Notes under the pieces: model-generated
What the model was told of the DNA's origin: nothing
Databases searched by the model: none
Seen by the model: only the letters and a program-made list of their open reading frames with translations
Shown here: positions 50,095 to 60,203 of the stretch, one piece after another
How positions within the stretch are numbered: position 1 is the stretch's first letter
Layout: each line of letters starts with the position of its first letter
Source of the DNA: Candidatus Dadabacteria bacterium CSP1-2
GTDB taxonomy: Bacteria; Desulfobacterota_D; UBA1144; Nemesobacterales; CSP1-2
DNA length: 64,000 bases
NCBI GenBank assembly: GCA_001443445.1
Contig: LDXN01000008.1
Location: 3,707 to 67,706, forward strand
Direction of reading: 5' to 3'
Made by a program: the position numbers and the translations under genes

Positions 50095-51165
50095 TCAAAT
50101 CCTTGCAACCTTCGCCATTAGTAAATGATCAACTAAGACCAGGTTTACCATTGCCTCAGCGATGGGAACTGCCCTCGGACAAAGGCAAGGATCATGCCTA
50201 CCTTTTACAACAAGATCCTTAATGTTGCCATACTTATCCACTGTTTCTTGAGTCTTTGAAATTGAAGAGGTTGGTTTTATAGCAATCCTAACTACCAGAT
50301 TCTCTCCAGTTGTTATTCCACCCTGGATTCCGCCTGCATTGTTTGTTTTAAATCTGAGTCTATTAGAATCATCCATATACATAACATCATTGACCTCAGA
50401 CCCTTTTCTTCTTGAAACCTCAAAACCCATTCCTACTTCAAACCCCCTTATCCCACCTATACTCATAAGGGCTTGCGCAAGGTCGGCGTCCATTTTATTA
50501 AACACAGGGTCGCCAAGACCTGGCGGGACACCGATTGATACAACCTCAACTGTCCCACCGATTGAATCCCCTTCATGCCTAACCTTCTCAATTAGGTCTA
50601 TCATCTCAATAGCCTTTTCAGAATCCGGGCATCTAACTGGATTATTTTCAATCTCATTAAAATCTATTTCCTCAGCCACAATATCTCCAATTTGCTTTAC
50701 ATAGCCAATAGTCTTTACTCCGTTTAAATTCAGGATTTTCTTTGCAAAAGCCGCGGCGGCAACACGTCCGACTGTTTCTCTCGCAGAAGACCTCCCGCCA
50801 CCTCTCCAGTCTCTCACTCCGTATTTAACGTCATAGGTATAATCCGCATGGCCAGGGCGATAAGTGTCCTTTATGTCTTCATACGATTTTGAAATCACAT
50901 CTACATTCTTAATCATAAGTGAAATGGGTGTACCAAGGGTTTTTCCTTCAAAGACGCCTGAGAGCATCTCTACCTTATCTGGCTCTTTTCTCTGAGTGGT
51001 TACTTTACTCTGACCAGGGCGACGACGATCGAGTTCATATTGGATTTCCTCTTCCGAGATCTCAAGCCCTGCAGGACAGCCATCTATTATTACCCCAAGA
51101 GCAGGACCGTGAGATTCACCCCAGGTAGTTATCTGAAAAAGCCTACCAAAAGAATTTCCAGGCAT
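50095..51165 (-). CDS. aroC: Chorismate synthase
   Basis: GESHG, RPGHAD, RSSARET and RHDPC. Confidence 0.97.
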   Translation of the reverse strand: MPGNSFGRLFQITTWGESHGPALGVIIDGCPAGLEISEEEIQYELDRRRPGQSKVTTQRKEPDKVEMLSGVFEGKTLGTPISLMIKNVDVISKSYEDIKDTYRPGHADYTYDVKYGVRDWRGGGRSSARETVGRVAAAAFAKKILNLNGVKTIGYVKQIGDIVAEEIDFNEIENNPVRCPDSEKAIEMIDLIEKVRHEGDSIGGTVEVVSIGVPPGLGDPVFNKMDADLAQALMSIGGIRGFEVGMGFEVSRRKGSEVNDVMYMDDSNRLRFKTNNAGGIQGGITTGENLVVRIAIKPTSSISKTQETVDKYGNIKDLVVKGRHDPCLCPRAVPIAEAMVNLVLVDHLLMAKVARI

Positions 51166-51224
51166 AGGGAAATTTTATATCAGTAGGAAAGGCATTGCAA
51201 ATACTTTAACGGATTAGGGAAGAT

Positions 51225-52119
51225 TATAGGCGGGGATGGGAAACCCCACCTATCCGCATATTTCAATTTCCACCAGAAATAGGCGGGACTTTCCAGTCCC
51301 GCACTGATGGGCGGGGTTGGAATACCCCGACTTCGTTGTTTTATTTGCTTGAATATAAACATTCGATAGCAGCGACTTTCCAGTCGCGGATTTTTATAAT
51401 GGGGATATATATCGCGCCTAGAAGGCGCACCTACGATTCATTTGGGTTGTTGTTTCCCATACTCGTAGGAGAGGCTTCCTTCGATGAACTCAGGACAGGT
51501 CTAGGCTCGAACCAACTGTGGTAAGCCAATACATGTAGGGCTCATTCCCCGAATGAGCCTTGACATTGAAGGCTGATGAAGGTATCAGCCCTACTCTAAA
51601 GATTTTTATGAGCCCGACGAATTATTGTAGAGACGACCCGCCGGGTCGTCTCTACTTTATTTATTCAGATCTGTCCAGTTTTCGATTCTTTTTAGATGTA
51701 AATCTAGTTTTTAGGAAATCGTATTGCTCTAGTCTTAATCCAATAAGACCTGAGTTAATGATTTGGGTAACTGATGTTCTACACTTATACACTTAAGTAG
51801 GGATATAGGATCGTCATTCCCGCAGTCCCCGATGAATTCCTCTTGGATAGCGGGAATCCATTTTGCTTTGTCATTCCCAAACGTTACCCGATAAAAACAT
51901 TCTGGTACAAGCTTTATTGGGAATCCAATGGATACCCGATAACTGCACTCGGGTATGACAGAAGCGACGGATGCACGATTAACCTTCTGCACGCATTAAG
52001 CCTTGTCCAGCATTGGCAGGCGGGGTTGGAAAACCTCGTCTCATTGTGCAGGGTTAGAAAACCCTGCCTATCAGTGTATGTTAAGATTCTGGGGGATAGG
52101 CGGGACTTTCCAGTCCCGC
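51225..52119. repeat. About 900-bp mosaic of REP families
   Basis: GATAG-type (51225, 51279, 51366, 52015-52119), GTAG-type (51465, 51535-51594, 51627-51655) and GTCATTCC-type (51813-51959). Confidence 0.85.
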
Positions 52120-52120
52120 T

Positions 52121-53377
52121 TTATATGAGTCTTGAAAGCAACGCTACTGATTCAATATGATATGTCTGTGGGAACATATCAAATGGGCGAATTTTTATAA
52201 GTTTATAGCCAAACTCAGTAAGCGTCTTTAAATCCCTTGCCAAGGTTGGTGGATCGCATGAGACGTAAATGATTTTCTCTGGAGAAAGTTCTACTAGTCC
52301 TTTCAATATACCCTTTGCCCCTTCTCTCGGTGGGTCGAGAACAACTAAATCGAATTTATCATCCCTTTTAAGCGATTCTTCGACAAAAAGTTCGGCTGGA
52401 GTGGGATCAAAGATCACATTCCTTATTTGATCTGCCTCTGCACTCTTTTTTGCAAGCTTGATAGCCTTTGCGCTAACGTCAACCCCTACTACCTCTCTAG
52501 CCCTTTTTGCAATGTGAAGTGAAAAATTTCCAATCCCACAGTATAGGTCTAAAACCCTTTCGTGTCCTTTAAGATCTGACCATTCAACTAAAGTCTCAAC
52601 TAATCGCTCATTAATTTCTCTATTTGACTGAATGAAAACCGATGGAGTTGAATAGAACTTTAAGCCAGATTGAGTAAATTCAAAGTCCTCTTCATGATAT
52701 CCTGCTACCGATACGTTCCCTATCTCTAACGATTTTTTTATATGATCACGAAGGGTGTTAAGTTTCTTTGGATCCTTCTCACTGAATGGGACAAGAGAAA
52801 TGTGAGCAGTCTTTCCATCTGATGCTATATGAATCCTTGCCAAAGGGTAATGTGCATTAATCGAAGAAAGGCATTTAGTAAGACGAAAAATCGCTTCATT
52901 TATAATACTCGAAGCAATTGGACAACCTTCTATCGGGACTCGTTTTCGACTTCCCTCTTCATGGAATCCAAGATGATACCTTCCCTTTTGAAACCATGTT
53001 GAAAGGGTAACCCTATTTCTGTAGCTGTATTCTTCTAGAGAAGGAACTATTGGCTCAATCTCGATGCCTCTTAATCTACCAATTCTTTCAAGAGTTTCTC
53101 TTAGAATGCTTACTTTAGCAGCAAGTTGAGAAGGATACTTAAGATGTTGCAACTGGCACCCTCCACATTCCCCAAAAACAGGACAGGGCGCCTGAGTCCT
53201 TTCAGGAGAGGTTCTTAAAATCTCTTCAATAATTGCCTCAGCGTAACTACCTTTGTCCTTTGTGATTTTAACCTTTAAAACATCGCCAGGTAGCCCACCC
53301 TTTACAAAGACCACCTTACCATTGGCTCTAGCCATTCCTGCCCCGCCGAATGTGAGCTTTTCAATTTCGACTCGCAT
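52121..53377 (-). CDS. rlmD: 23S rRNA m5U methyltransferase (RlmD/TrmA family)
   Basis: TRAM domain, CPVFGECGGCQLQH, DLYCGIG, LDPPR, YVSC and DMFPQT. Confidence 0.88.
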   Translation of the reverse strand: MRVEIEKLTFGGAGMARANGKVVFVKGGLPGDVLKVKITKDKGSYAEAIIEEILRTSPERTQAPCPVFGECGGCQLQHLKYPSQLAAKVSILRETLERIGRLRGIEIEPIVPSLEEYSYRNRVTLSTWFQKGRYHLGFHEEGSRKRVPIEGCPIASSIINEAIFRLTKCLSSINAHYPLARIHIASDGKTAHISLVPFSEKDPKKLNTLRDHIKKSLEIGNVSVAGYHEEDFEFTQSGLKFYSTPSVFIQSNREINERLVETLVEWSDLKGHERVLDLYCGIGNFSLHIAKRAREVVGVDVSAKAIKLAKKSAEADQIRNVIFDPTPAELFVEESLKRDDKFDLVVLDPPREGAKGILKGLVELSPEKIIYVSCDPPTLARDLKTLTEFGYKLIKIRPFDMFPQTYHIESVALLSRLI

Positions 53378-53428
53378 GATATAACTTTAACTTAACAATT
53401 TCCAGTAGCTTGCTACAGGGTTTCAGCT

Positions 53429-53505
53429 GTCATCTCGAACGCACGTGAGAGATCTAGATTCCTCACGGAGCCTGTGCTGAGCCACTGCGAAGTATTCGGA
53501 AAGAC
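53429..53505. repeat. GTCAT-type REP pair with a 24-nt mini-element insert at 53471-53494
   Basis: GTCATCTCGAAC..GAGAGATCT AGATTCCTCAC..CCTGTGCTGAGCCACTGCGAAGTA..TTCGGAAAGAC. Confidence 0.7.
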
Positions 53506-53696
53506 ACCACGTGTCATATTGCTTCGTCACTGCCTTTTATTTCCTTTTCTCGTTCTTTTCATTTCCCTCCGAACCACACTGCGGTTCAAAGAATACTCCA
53601 CTCGAAATAATTCTCCCCGAAATAACCAAAAGAACTGTCGTTTGTATGTTGATGCCCTGCAGCTTGCCTCAGGATTCATTATTGTATCCCAGCAAC

Positions 53697-54704
53697 CTAA
53701 ATTATAATCATAGCATCCCCATAACTCAGAAATCTGTATTCCTTTTCCATTGCCTCTTTATAGGCTTTAAGAATAAGCTCCCTGCCTGCAAATGCTGAGA
53801 CCAACATAAGAAGCGTTGAACGGGGAAGATGAAAATTTGTTATCAAAATATCAACAATTTGAAACTGGAAGCCAGGATAAATGAAAAGATCCGTATAGCC
53901 GAAAGCAGGCTGCACATTTCCATTTTTATCAAGAGCACCTTCTAGGGTTCTTACTACAGTGGTACCCGCAGCAACAATTCTTTTGCCCTCTCTCTTAGCC
54001 CTGTTTATAGCAAGAGCCGCTTCATCAGAGATTTCTCTATATTCCTGATGGATTTTGTGTTCTTCTACATTCTCAGTCTTAACTGGTTTAAAGGTTCCAG
54101 CCCCTAAATGTAATGTAATATAAAGAATTTCAATACCTTTTTGACGTATTTCGTCTAAAAGCCTTCTTGTGAAATGAAGCCCTGCCGTCGGAGCAGCAAC
54201 CGCTCCTTTCTTATCCGCATAAACCGTCTGATAGAAAATCCTATCCTTCTCTTCAGGCTGGCGTTTAATGTATGGAGGAAGAGGCATCCTTCCAGAGTGC
54301 TCTATGTAATCATCGGCATCCTCTTCAAACTCAATTATCCACTCATCTTTTCCATCTTTTAATACCTTTCCCTTAAAACCTCCATCAAATTCGATCTTCA
54401 TGTTGTGTTTGGGATTTTTCATAATGGCCTTCCAAAAACAAGCATTTATCCTATCTGTAAGCAGAACCTCCACTTTCTTGCCTTTGTCTTTTTTCCCGAA
54501 AAGCCTGGAAGGGATGACTTTTGTGTTGTTTAAAACAAGTATGTCCCCTTCTTTTAAGATTTGAGACAACTCAAAAAATCTTCTGTGTTCGATTTTTTGA
54601 TTATTTCTCCAAACAACCATCAACCTTGATTCCTCCCTATTAGAAACTGGATAGAATGCAATAAATTCATGAGGGAGTTCGTAATCAAAATCGGCTGTTT
54701 TCAT
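53697..54704 (-). CDS. queA: S-adenosylmethionine:tRNA ribosyltransferase-isomerase
   Basis: PLPPYI, YQTVYA, AAPTAGLHFT, TNFHLP and SYGDAM. Confidence 0.97.
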   Translation of the reverse strand: MKTADFDYELPHEFIAFYPVSNREESRLMVVWRNNQKIEHRRFFELSQILKEGDILVLNNTKVIPSRLFGKKDKGKKVEVLLTDRINACFWKAIMKNPKHNMKIEFDGGFKGKVLKDGKDEWIIEFEEDADDYIEHSGRMPLPPYIKRQPEEKDRIFYQTVYADKKGAVAAPTAGLHFTRRLLDEIRQKGIEILYITLHLGAGTFKPVKTENVEEHKIHQEYREISDEAALAINRAKREGKRIVAAGTTVVRTLEGALDKNGNVQPAFGYTDLFIYPGFQFQIVDILITNFHLPRSTLLMLVSAFAGRELILKAYKEAMEKEYRFLSYGDAMIII

Positions 54705-54766
54705 TGAACCTATTCTACCCGAAGTGACCGCGGTTATGTTTGAAATAAAAACGAATTATTGCTGTA

Positions 54767-55066
54767 GTAGGGGCAGGTTTGAATCCTGCCCCTACAGTAG
54801 ACATGATTTGGTACAAGGTTGAATTCGTCTAATTGTATGTTGGTATAACTCTCTGGTATTTTGCCATCACAGTTGCTTGACGTCATCCCTGTTTTTTTAT
54901 ATCCGCCGTTGGGTAGGTAACGAGCAGACCTAGCGCCTGCACTATTATTTTGGGCAACCGTGGCTCGAGCGGGCTCGCCACAGGCAAGGCTTGCCCCTAC
55001 AAATAATATCCCGTGTATTTGATTCGGTTTGTGAAATAAAGGGCGAACACATAGGTTCGCCCCTAC
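54767..55066 (-). pseudogene. RAYT gene fragments interleaved with GTAG REPs
   Basis: Minus strand IPESYTNIQLDEFNLVPNHV (about 54800-54860) and PNQIHGILFVGA (about 54990-55027); REPs at 54767-54795, 54952-55000 and 55041-55066. Confidence 0.75.
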
Positions 55067-56280
55067 TTACCTTTAACCTTTTCCAGAAGTTTCTTTATCG
55101 AAAGTCTTAATGCATTTATCCTTATAAACCCTGTTGCATCCTTCTGATTATAGACCTTTTCTTCCTCGAAGGTAGCCAAATCCTTCTGATATAAAGAAAA
55201 TGGAGAACGCCTGCCTGCAACTGATACAGTTCCTTTATAAATCTTCATTCTAGCCGTTCCAGACACATTCTTTTGAGACTCATTTATAGCAGCCTTCAGC
55301 ATTTCCATCTCAGGTGAATACCAAAACCCATAATAGATAAGCTCCGAAAATTTAGGAGTAAGCATGTCTCTTAGATGCATGACCTCTCTGTCCATTGTAA
55401 GAGACTCAACTGCTCTGTGTGCAGCATGAAGAATTGTACCACCCGGGGTCTCGTAAACACCGCGTGATTTTATTCCGACAAATCTGTTTTCCACCATGTC
55501 TACTCTTCCAACGCCGTTTTTTCCAGCAATTTTGTTTAGTTTATGAAGAAGTTCTACTGGAGAAAGTTCCTCCCCGTCAATCCTTACCGGCACACCCTTT
55601 TCAAAATCTATGTCAATGTAGGTAGGCTCGTTTGGAGCTTTATCGGGGGAAACTGTCATCTCAAACATATTTTCAGGTGGTTCAGCCCAAGGGTCTTCAA
55701 GTATTCCACCCTCGTAGCTTGTATGAAACAGGTTCCTATCGCAGCTATAGGGTTTTTCTTTAGTTACGGGAACGGGAATCCCATGACTTTTTGCATAGGT
55801 CATAAGATCCTTTCTCGATTTAAAATCCCACTCACGCCACGGAGCTATAACGCCAATAGCTGGGTTAAGCGCATAGTAGGTTAATTCAAACCTTACTTGA
55901 TCGTTGCCCTTTCCTGTTGCGCCATGTGATACCGCATCCGCATTTTCTTTTTTTGCAATTTCAATCTGCTTCTTTGCAATCAGAGGTCGTCCAAGAGAGG
56001 TCCCCATTAGATACATCCCTTCATAAACTGCGTTCGCGCGAAGGGCTGTAAAAACAAAATCCCTTACAAATTCATCTTTCAAATCCTCTACATACACTTT
56101 ACTGGCGCCTGTTTTTATAGCCTTTTCTTTTATCTCCTCTAAATCCTCCCCTTGACCTAGATCAGCAACAAACGCAATAACCTCTGCTTTGTATTGTTCA
56201 ATAAGCCATCTGAGTATCACGGATGTATCAAGGCCGCCAGAGTAAGCGAGTATTATTTTCCTAATATCTCCCATTTTCAA
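55063..56280 (-). CDS. argG: Argininosuccinate synthase
   Basis: [22 protein letters not shown] and [11 protein letters not shown]. Confidence 0.97.
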   Translation of the reverse strand: MKMGDIRKIILAYSGGLDTSVILRWLIEQYKAEVIAFVADLGQGEDLEEIKEKAIKTGASKVYVEDLKDEFVRDFVFTALRANAVYEGMYLMGTSLGRPLIAKKQIEIAKKENADAVSHGATGKGNDQVRFELTYYALNPAIGVIAPWREWDFKSRKDLMTYAKSHGIPVPVTKEKPYSCDRNLFHTSYEGGILEDPWAEPPENMFEMTVSPDKAPNEPTYIDIDFEKGVPVRIDGEELSPVELLHKLNKIAGKNGVGRVDMVENRFVGIKSRGVYETPGGTILHAAHRAVESLTMDREVMHLRDMLTPKFSELIYYGFWYSPEMEMLKAAINESQKNVSGTARMKIYKGTVSVAGRRSPFSLYQKDLATFEEEKVYNQKDATGFIRINALRLSIKKLLEKVKGK

Positions 56281-56376
56281 AAAACCTCCAATAATTCATT
56301 TTGAAGAAAGCTAAAGGCAAAGGTGTAAGCAAATCTTTAGACTTTTAAAATCAGGTAGTCTAAACAAATAAAGATT

Positions 56377-56817
56377 TCATTTACTCATCTGTTTATCCAG
56401 TTGACTTCCCCTAAGGTCATAAAAATAGAATGTTGCACCCTTACTCTCATAAAATTTCTCAAGTGAAAAACCGATATATTCTAGCTTTGCATCGTCATCA
56501 CCCCTATACGTAGTACGTTTCACTTCCTGGGAAAGCTTGCAAACAATTGGAATTTCGTTTGTAGGACTTTCATGACATAAAAATCGAAGTTCAAATTCGC
56601 CATCTACAGACATATTCCTTGGAATAGCAAACCCTACAGCCATCCTAGCATTTATTAGTTCAATTACCATGAGCTTAACCTTTCCAAAACCTTCGGCCTC
56701 CCCTCCGCCCTCAACCTCAAATGTATAGCCGTAAAAGTTAACGGGTATGTTACTCTCCTTCATCGAATCGAGATACCAATAATCCTCTGAAGTTAGCACA
56801 CACATAATCTGAAACAT
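56377..56817 (-). CDS. Hypothetical protein
   Basis: ORF with AGGAGG RBS before MFQIMCV. Confidence 0.6.
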   Translation of the reverse strand: MFQIMCVLTSEDYWYLDSMKESNIPVNFYGYTFEVEGGGEAEGFGKVKLMVIELINARMAVGFAIPRNMSVDGEFELRFLCHESPTNEIPIVCKLSQEVKRTTYRGDDDAKLEYIGFSLEKFYESKGATFYFYDLRGSQLDKQMSK

Positions 56818-56890
56818 TTTAGCCTCCTGAAAACTACTAAATTCAAACCTTAAACTGGCGTAAGTAATGATAACATGCAATGAATACAGT

Positions 56891-57571
56891 CTAAACAAGC
56901 CCAATGAAGCTCAGTTGCTTCCCTACATTTTCACCATCCCTTCTATATGAATGAAAATCACTATTGCATTTTGTACAGATGTTCATTACCTCAATGTCCT
57001 TTACTCCCTCTTTAAATAGATTAATTCGATTCGCTCCCTTTAAATCAAGGATGTATTTAAGATTGCTTTTTCTAAATAAAAAGTCCTTCCAATTATCGAA
57101 TTTATCAATGAATTGAGACGCTACATCCTCACCAACCTCATAACAGCAACCTCCAATAGATGGACCAACCACGCAAGAAACTCCTGATGGTTCGATTCCA
57201 AATCTTTTTTTCATCTCAGTGAGGGTAGCTATCGGGACCTGTGAAAGGGTTCCTCGCCAGCCTGCATGAACTACAGCAACTAAAAGACCAGTTTTCTCCG
57301 CAAAAAGTATAGGAACACAATCCGCAGTAAAAACCCCAATACCTATTCCTCTTAAACCAGTTATAATCGCATCCCCTTTTTCCTTTGACATATCTTTGAA
57401 TCCATCATTTATGACGAAAACATCACTGCTATGTGTTTGATTTATAGTGGCAATGTTACTCAACCCGAAATATCTTGCAATATCAGATACGCTCCCATTG
57501 AATTTTTTGTTAGAAAATCCGTGAACTATCCCGCCGATTTTAGATAAACTCTGAGACTTAATCCAACTCAT
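56891..57571 (-). CDS. pgeF: PgeF/YfiH family (purine nucleoside phosphorylase-like)
   Basis: QTHS, TADCVPIL, HAGWRG, GPSIGGCCYEVG and SYRRDG. Confidence 0.92.
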   Translation of the reverse strand: MSWIKSQSLSKIGGIVHGFSNKKFNGSVSDIARYFGLSNIATINQTHSSDVFVINDGFKDMSKEKGDAIITGLRGIGIGVFTADCVPILFAEKTGLLVAVVHAGWRGTLSQVPIATLTEMKKRFGIEPSGVSCVVGPSIGGCCYEVGEDVASQFIDKFDNWKDFLFRKSNLKYILDLKGANRINLFKEGVKDIEVMNICTKCNSDFHSYRRDGENVGKQLSFIGLV

Positions 57572-58515
57572 TTTTCTAATAATTCAATCACAGCTTTAAT
57601 ATCATCAGGAATGGGGGCAGAGAATTCCACATTCTCTCCAGTCCTTGGATGCTTGAAGTTAAGCGTTAACGCATGAAGTGCCTGCCTTGCAAGGCACTTT
57701 GAGAGCCTATCCAACAACTCGGATTTATGTTTTTTTACACCATACATCTTATCACCCAATATCGGATAACCATTTTCAGCAAAATGGACCCTTATCTGAT
57801 GAGTTCTTCCAGTTTTAGGCTCAACTTCAACCATTGTCACTTCTTTATACCTTTTTATAACCCTCCATAAAGTAAACGCCTCCCTTCCTGCTCTGACCTT
57901 TGTTGTCATCTTAATTCTATTTTTAGGGTGCCTTCCTATGAGAGAAGAAAATGAACCTGATTCTCCTTTAATATCACCAACTACTAATGCTAAATACTTC
58001 TTTTTGGTTTCGTGTGATTTGAATTGATTTACAAGAGAATTATGAGCAATGTCGTTCTTGGCAACTACCATAACGCCAGAGGTGTCTTTGTCAAGCCTAT
58101 GCACTATCCCCGGTCTAAGTTTTCCCCCAATTCCCGAAAGACCAAGACATTTGTAAAGGAGCGCATTTACAAGAGTACCGTCTTTTATTCCAGCCCCAGG
58201 ATGCACTGTTATTCCCTGAGGCTTGTTAACCACAATAATGTCATCATCCTCATATATAATTGGAACCTGTATATCTTGGGGCTGAGCCTCCAGAGGTTCA
58301 GGGGAAACAAAAGTTACACAAACGTCCTCACCCCCGCTTAGTTTCTTCGATGGTCTTATTGGTTTGCCCTCTACTAAAATAAGACCTTCGTCCAGCATTC
58401 TTTTTATTTGAGAACGAGTAACACTTGTAAGAAGAGACGAAATAGCAACATCTGCTCTCTTGCCTGATAAGTCTTTTGGTATTTGAAACCTTTCTATGGA
58501 TTCTTCTTTATTCAT
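57568..58515 (-). CDS. RluA/RluD-family pseudouridine synthase
   Basis: S4 domain, HRLDKDTSG, GRTHQIRVH and QALHA. Confidence 0.93.
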   Translation of the reverse strand: MNKEESIERFQIPKDLSGKRADVAISSLLTSVTRSQIKRMLDEGLILVEGKPIRPSKKLSGGEDVCVTFVSPEPLEAQPQDIQVPIIYEDDDIIVVNKPQGITVHPGAGIKDGTLVNALLYKCLGLSGIGGKLRPGIVHRLDKDTSGVMVVAKNDIAHNSLVNQFKSHETKKKYLALVVGDIKGESGSFSSLIGRHPKNRIKMTTKVRAGREAFTLWRVIKRYKEVTMVEVEPKTGRTHQIRVHFAENGYPILGDKMYGVKKHKSELLDRLSKCLARQALHALTLNFKHPRTGENVEFSAPIPDDIKAVIELLEK

Positions 58516-58564
58516 ATTTAATTGCTTGGATAGATTTTAAAAAAAGTACTTTAATTCTGTATAA

Positions 58565-59734
58565 TTAGTGCTTACTTCCACCAGCTTTATATTGTATCTT
58601 TTGTTGATATAGCCTCATAGCCGAGCTTGCTATTACTCCAGGAACATCCTTATTTTTTGAAAGTGCTTGAAGTTCCTTATCCCTTAGGTGTCTTATAAAG
58701 CGAAGTGCTAAAGGTGGTGGTGTCTTAGGATTGTTAACCAAAGCTACTTTGACCTGGTAGTTTCTGGTCCATCTACGAGTAGAAGCAATCTGATTTAACA
58801 CCTCTTCGTTTGCGGTTTTTGATTGTACAATTAGTATAATCTCCATATCGGTAACACCTGGGTTCCTTATTGCAGAAACGGCTACCATTCTATTTGAATC
58901 ACGAATTAGGATCGTCCGTGCCGCTCTATTCCCTAAAAGAGCAAGTTTGATCCTTTGAGGAATGTTCATCTGCTTTATTTTATGAAATAGACTTTCACGC
59001 CTTCGCTCAACAGCCTCATCTATCTCTTCCCCAGTTTCCTCTGTAAGATCATTAGAGAAATCAATGCCATCGAGAAAAGATTCATTGATATCTTCAAGTA
59101 AAGTAGATTTAGCTTTCTCTTCTTCATCATCTGACGATATATCAGAATCAATAGCCTCTTCAGGAACATCCTCACTCGGATCATTTTTACTATCATATTT
59201 TGGATAATTGAGAGGAGCTTCACCTTTTTTAGCTAAATAAAGCTTAAAGATGGAAATAACCCTATCTAGTTTAGAGCGACTTATAGAAGGGTTCTTGGTT
59301 AGTGCTTCGACTATAACTTCTGACCTTAGGATACGTTTTTGATCATCTGTTATTAATTCGATAATGGGCGAACTATGAACTGTCTCGGCAAGAAAGGCGA
59401 TGGTATCATCATTTGTGGAAGGATTTAGTATTATCTTTTGAAGTTGAAACTCACTCGCTGTATTTCTAGCAATATAATCGAGGAGCTTAGGTGAAGTTGA
59501 TGTATCATCAAGTACTGTTCCAATTACTTCATCCGGCATTGATTTTAGAGAAGCCTTAGCCTCTTTACTTATTTCTTCATCTTCATCCAGAGTCAGGCTA
59601 TATAGAACCTTAACAAGATTCTTTGGCGGAATAGTAATAAGGCCCCGTGCCGCATTAAGACGAAGCTCTTTTGGAAGAGATGGATCAACAAACTCTTTTA
59701 AATAATCAGGAAGGTTCTTAATAAAATCTACCAT
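58565..59734 (-). CDS. Hypothetical alpha-helical repeat protein with acidic linker
   Basis: NP-containing helical repeats; IKLALLGN..AR.ILIRD. Confidence 0.7.
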   Translation of the reverse strand: MVDFIKNLPDYLKEFVDPSLPKELRLNAARGLITIPPKNLVKVLYSLTLDEDEEISKEAKASLKSMPDEVIGTVLDDTSTSPKLLDYIARNTASEFQLQKIILNPSTNDDTIAFLAETVHSSPIIELITDDQKRILRSEVIVEALTKNPSISRSKLDRVISIFKLYLAKKGEAPLNYPKYDSKNDPSEDVPEEAIDSDISSDDEEEKAKSTLLEDINESFLDGIDFSNDLTEETGEEIDEAVERRRESLFHKIKQMNIPQRIKLALLGNRAARTILIRDSNRMVAVSAIRNPGVTDMEIILIVQSKTANEEVLNQIASTRRWTRNYQVKVALVNNPKTPPPLALRFIRHLRDKELQALSKNKDVPGVIASSAMRLYQQKIQYKAGGSKH

Positions 59735-59962
59735 CGTTTATTAGATTTATTTTATGTAAAAAAACCGATGTATACAAACATAAAATCAGCGATGATTTGA
59801 TACTGGAGTGGAGTAAGAAAAGAAGACTATTTCTTTTAAGACATCTTTCCCAATCAACAAATAAGTGAATCAGAGTCAAACTAAAGTTCAAGATTGAATT
59901 AGAAAATGATGTTCACTCCAGCAACCTGCACGGTATCATTAAATTTAAAGAAAGTAATAGAA

Positions 59963-60097
59963 GTCATTACGAGGGAGTGAAACGACCGAAGCAATCCCTT
60001 GAATACTCAGGCAGAGGGGTATAATGAGCCTACATAGTGTTAGCAATGGATTGCTTCACGGAGTTTACACTGAGTTTATCGAAGTGCTCGCAATGAT
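59963..60097. repeat. GTCATT-type REP pair with a mini-element insert at 60064-60086
   Basis: GTCATTACGAGG..GAAGCAATCC ... GGATTGCTTC..CTCGCAATGA. Confidence 0.75.
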
Positions 60098-60203
60098 AAC
60101 ATTTTCTCGTCCTCTCAATGAGAGGGTTGAGAACCTAACCAACCCCATCAGATTCCGCCAATGACAGAGAAAACCTTGTAGCAAGTTACAGAGAATTATC
60201 AAA

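Noticed and set aside
51166..52120. CRISPR array
   Set aside because: Units are inverted, heterogeneous and irregularly spaced; no constant repeat-spacer period and no cas genes
2117..59223. Numerous antisense or overlapping ORFs inside long genes
   Set aside because: Shadow frames of well-supported genes with no recognisable motifs
59890..59946. Possible RAYT fragment (KIELENDVHSSNLHGII)
   Set aside because: Only LHGII matches; could be chance
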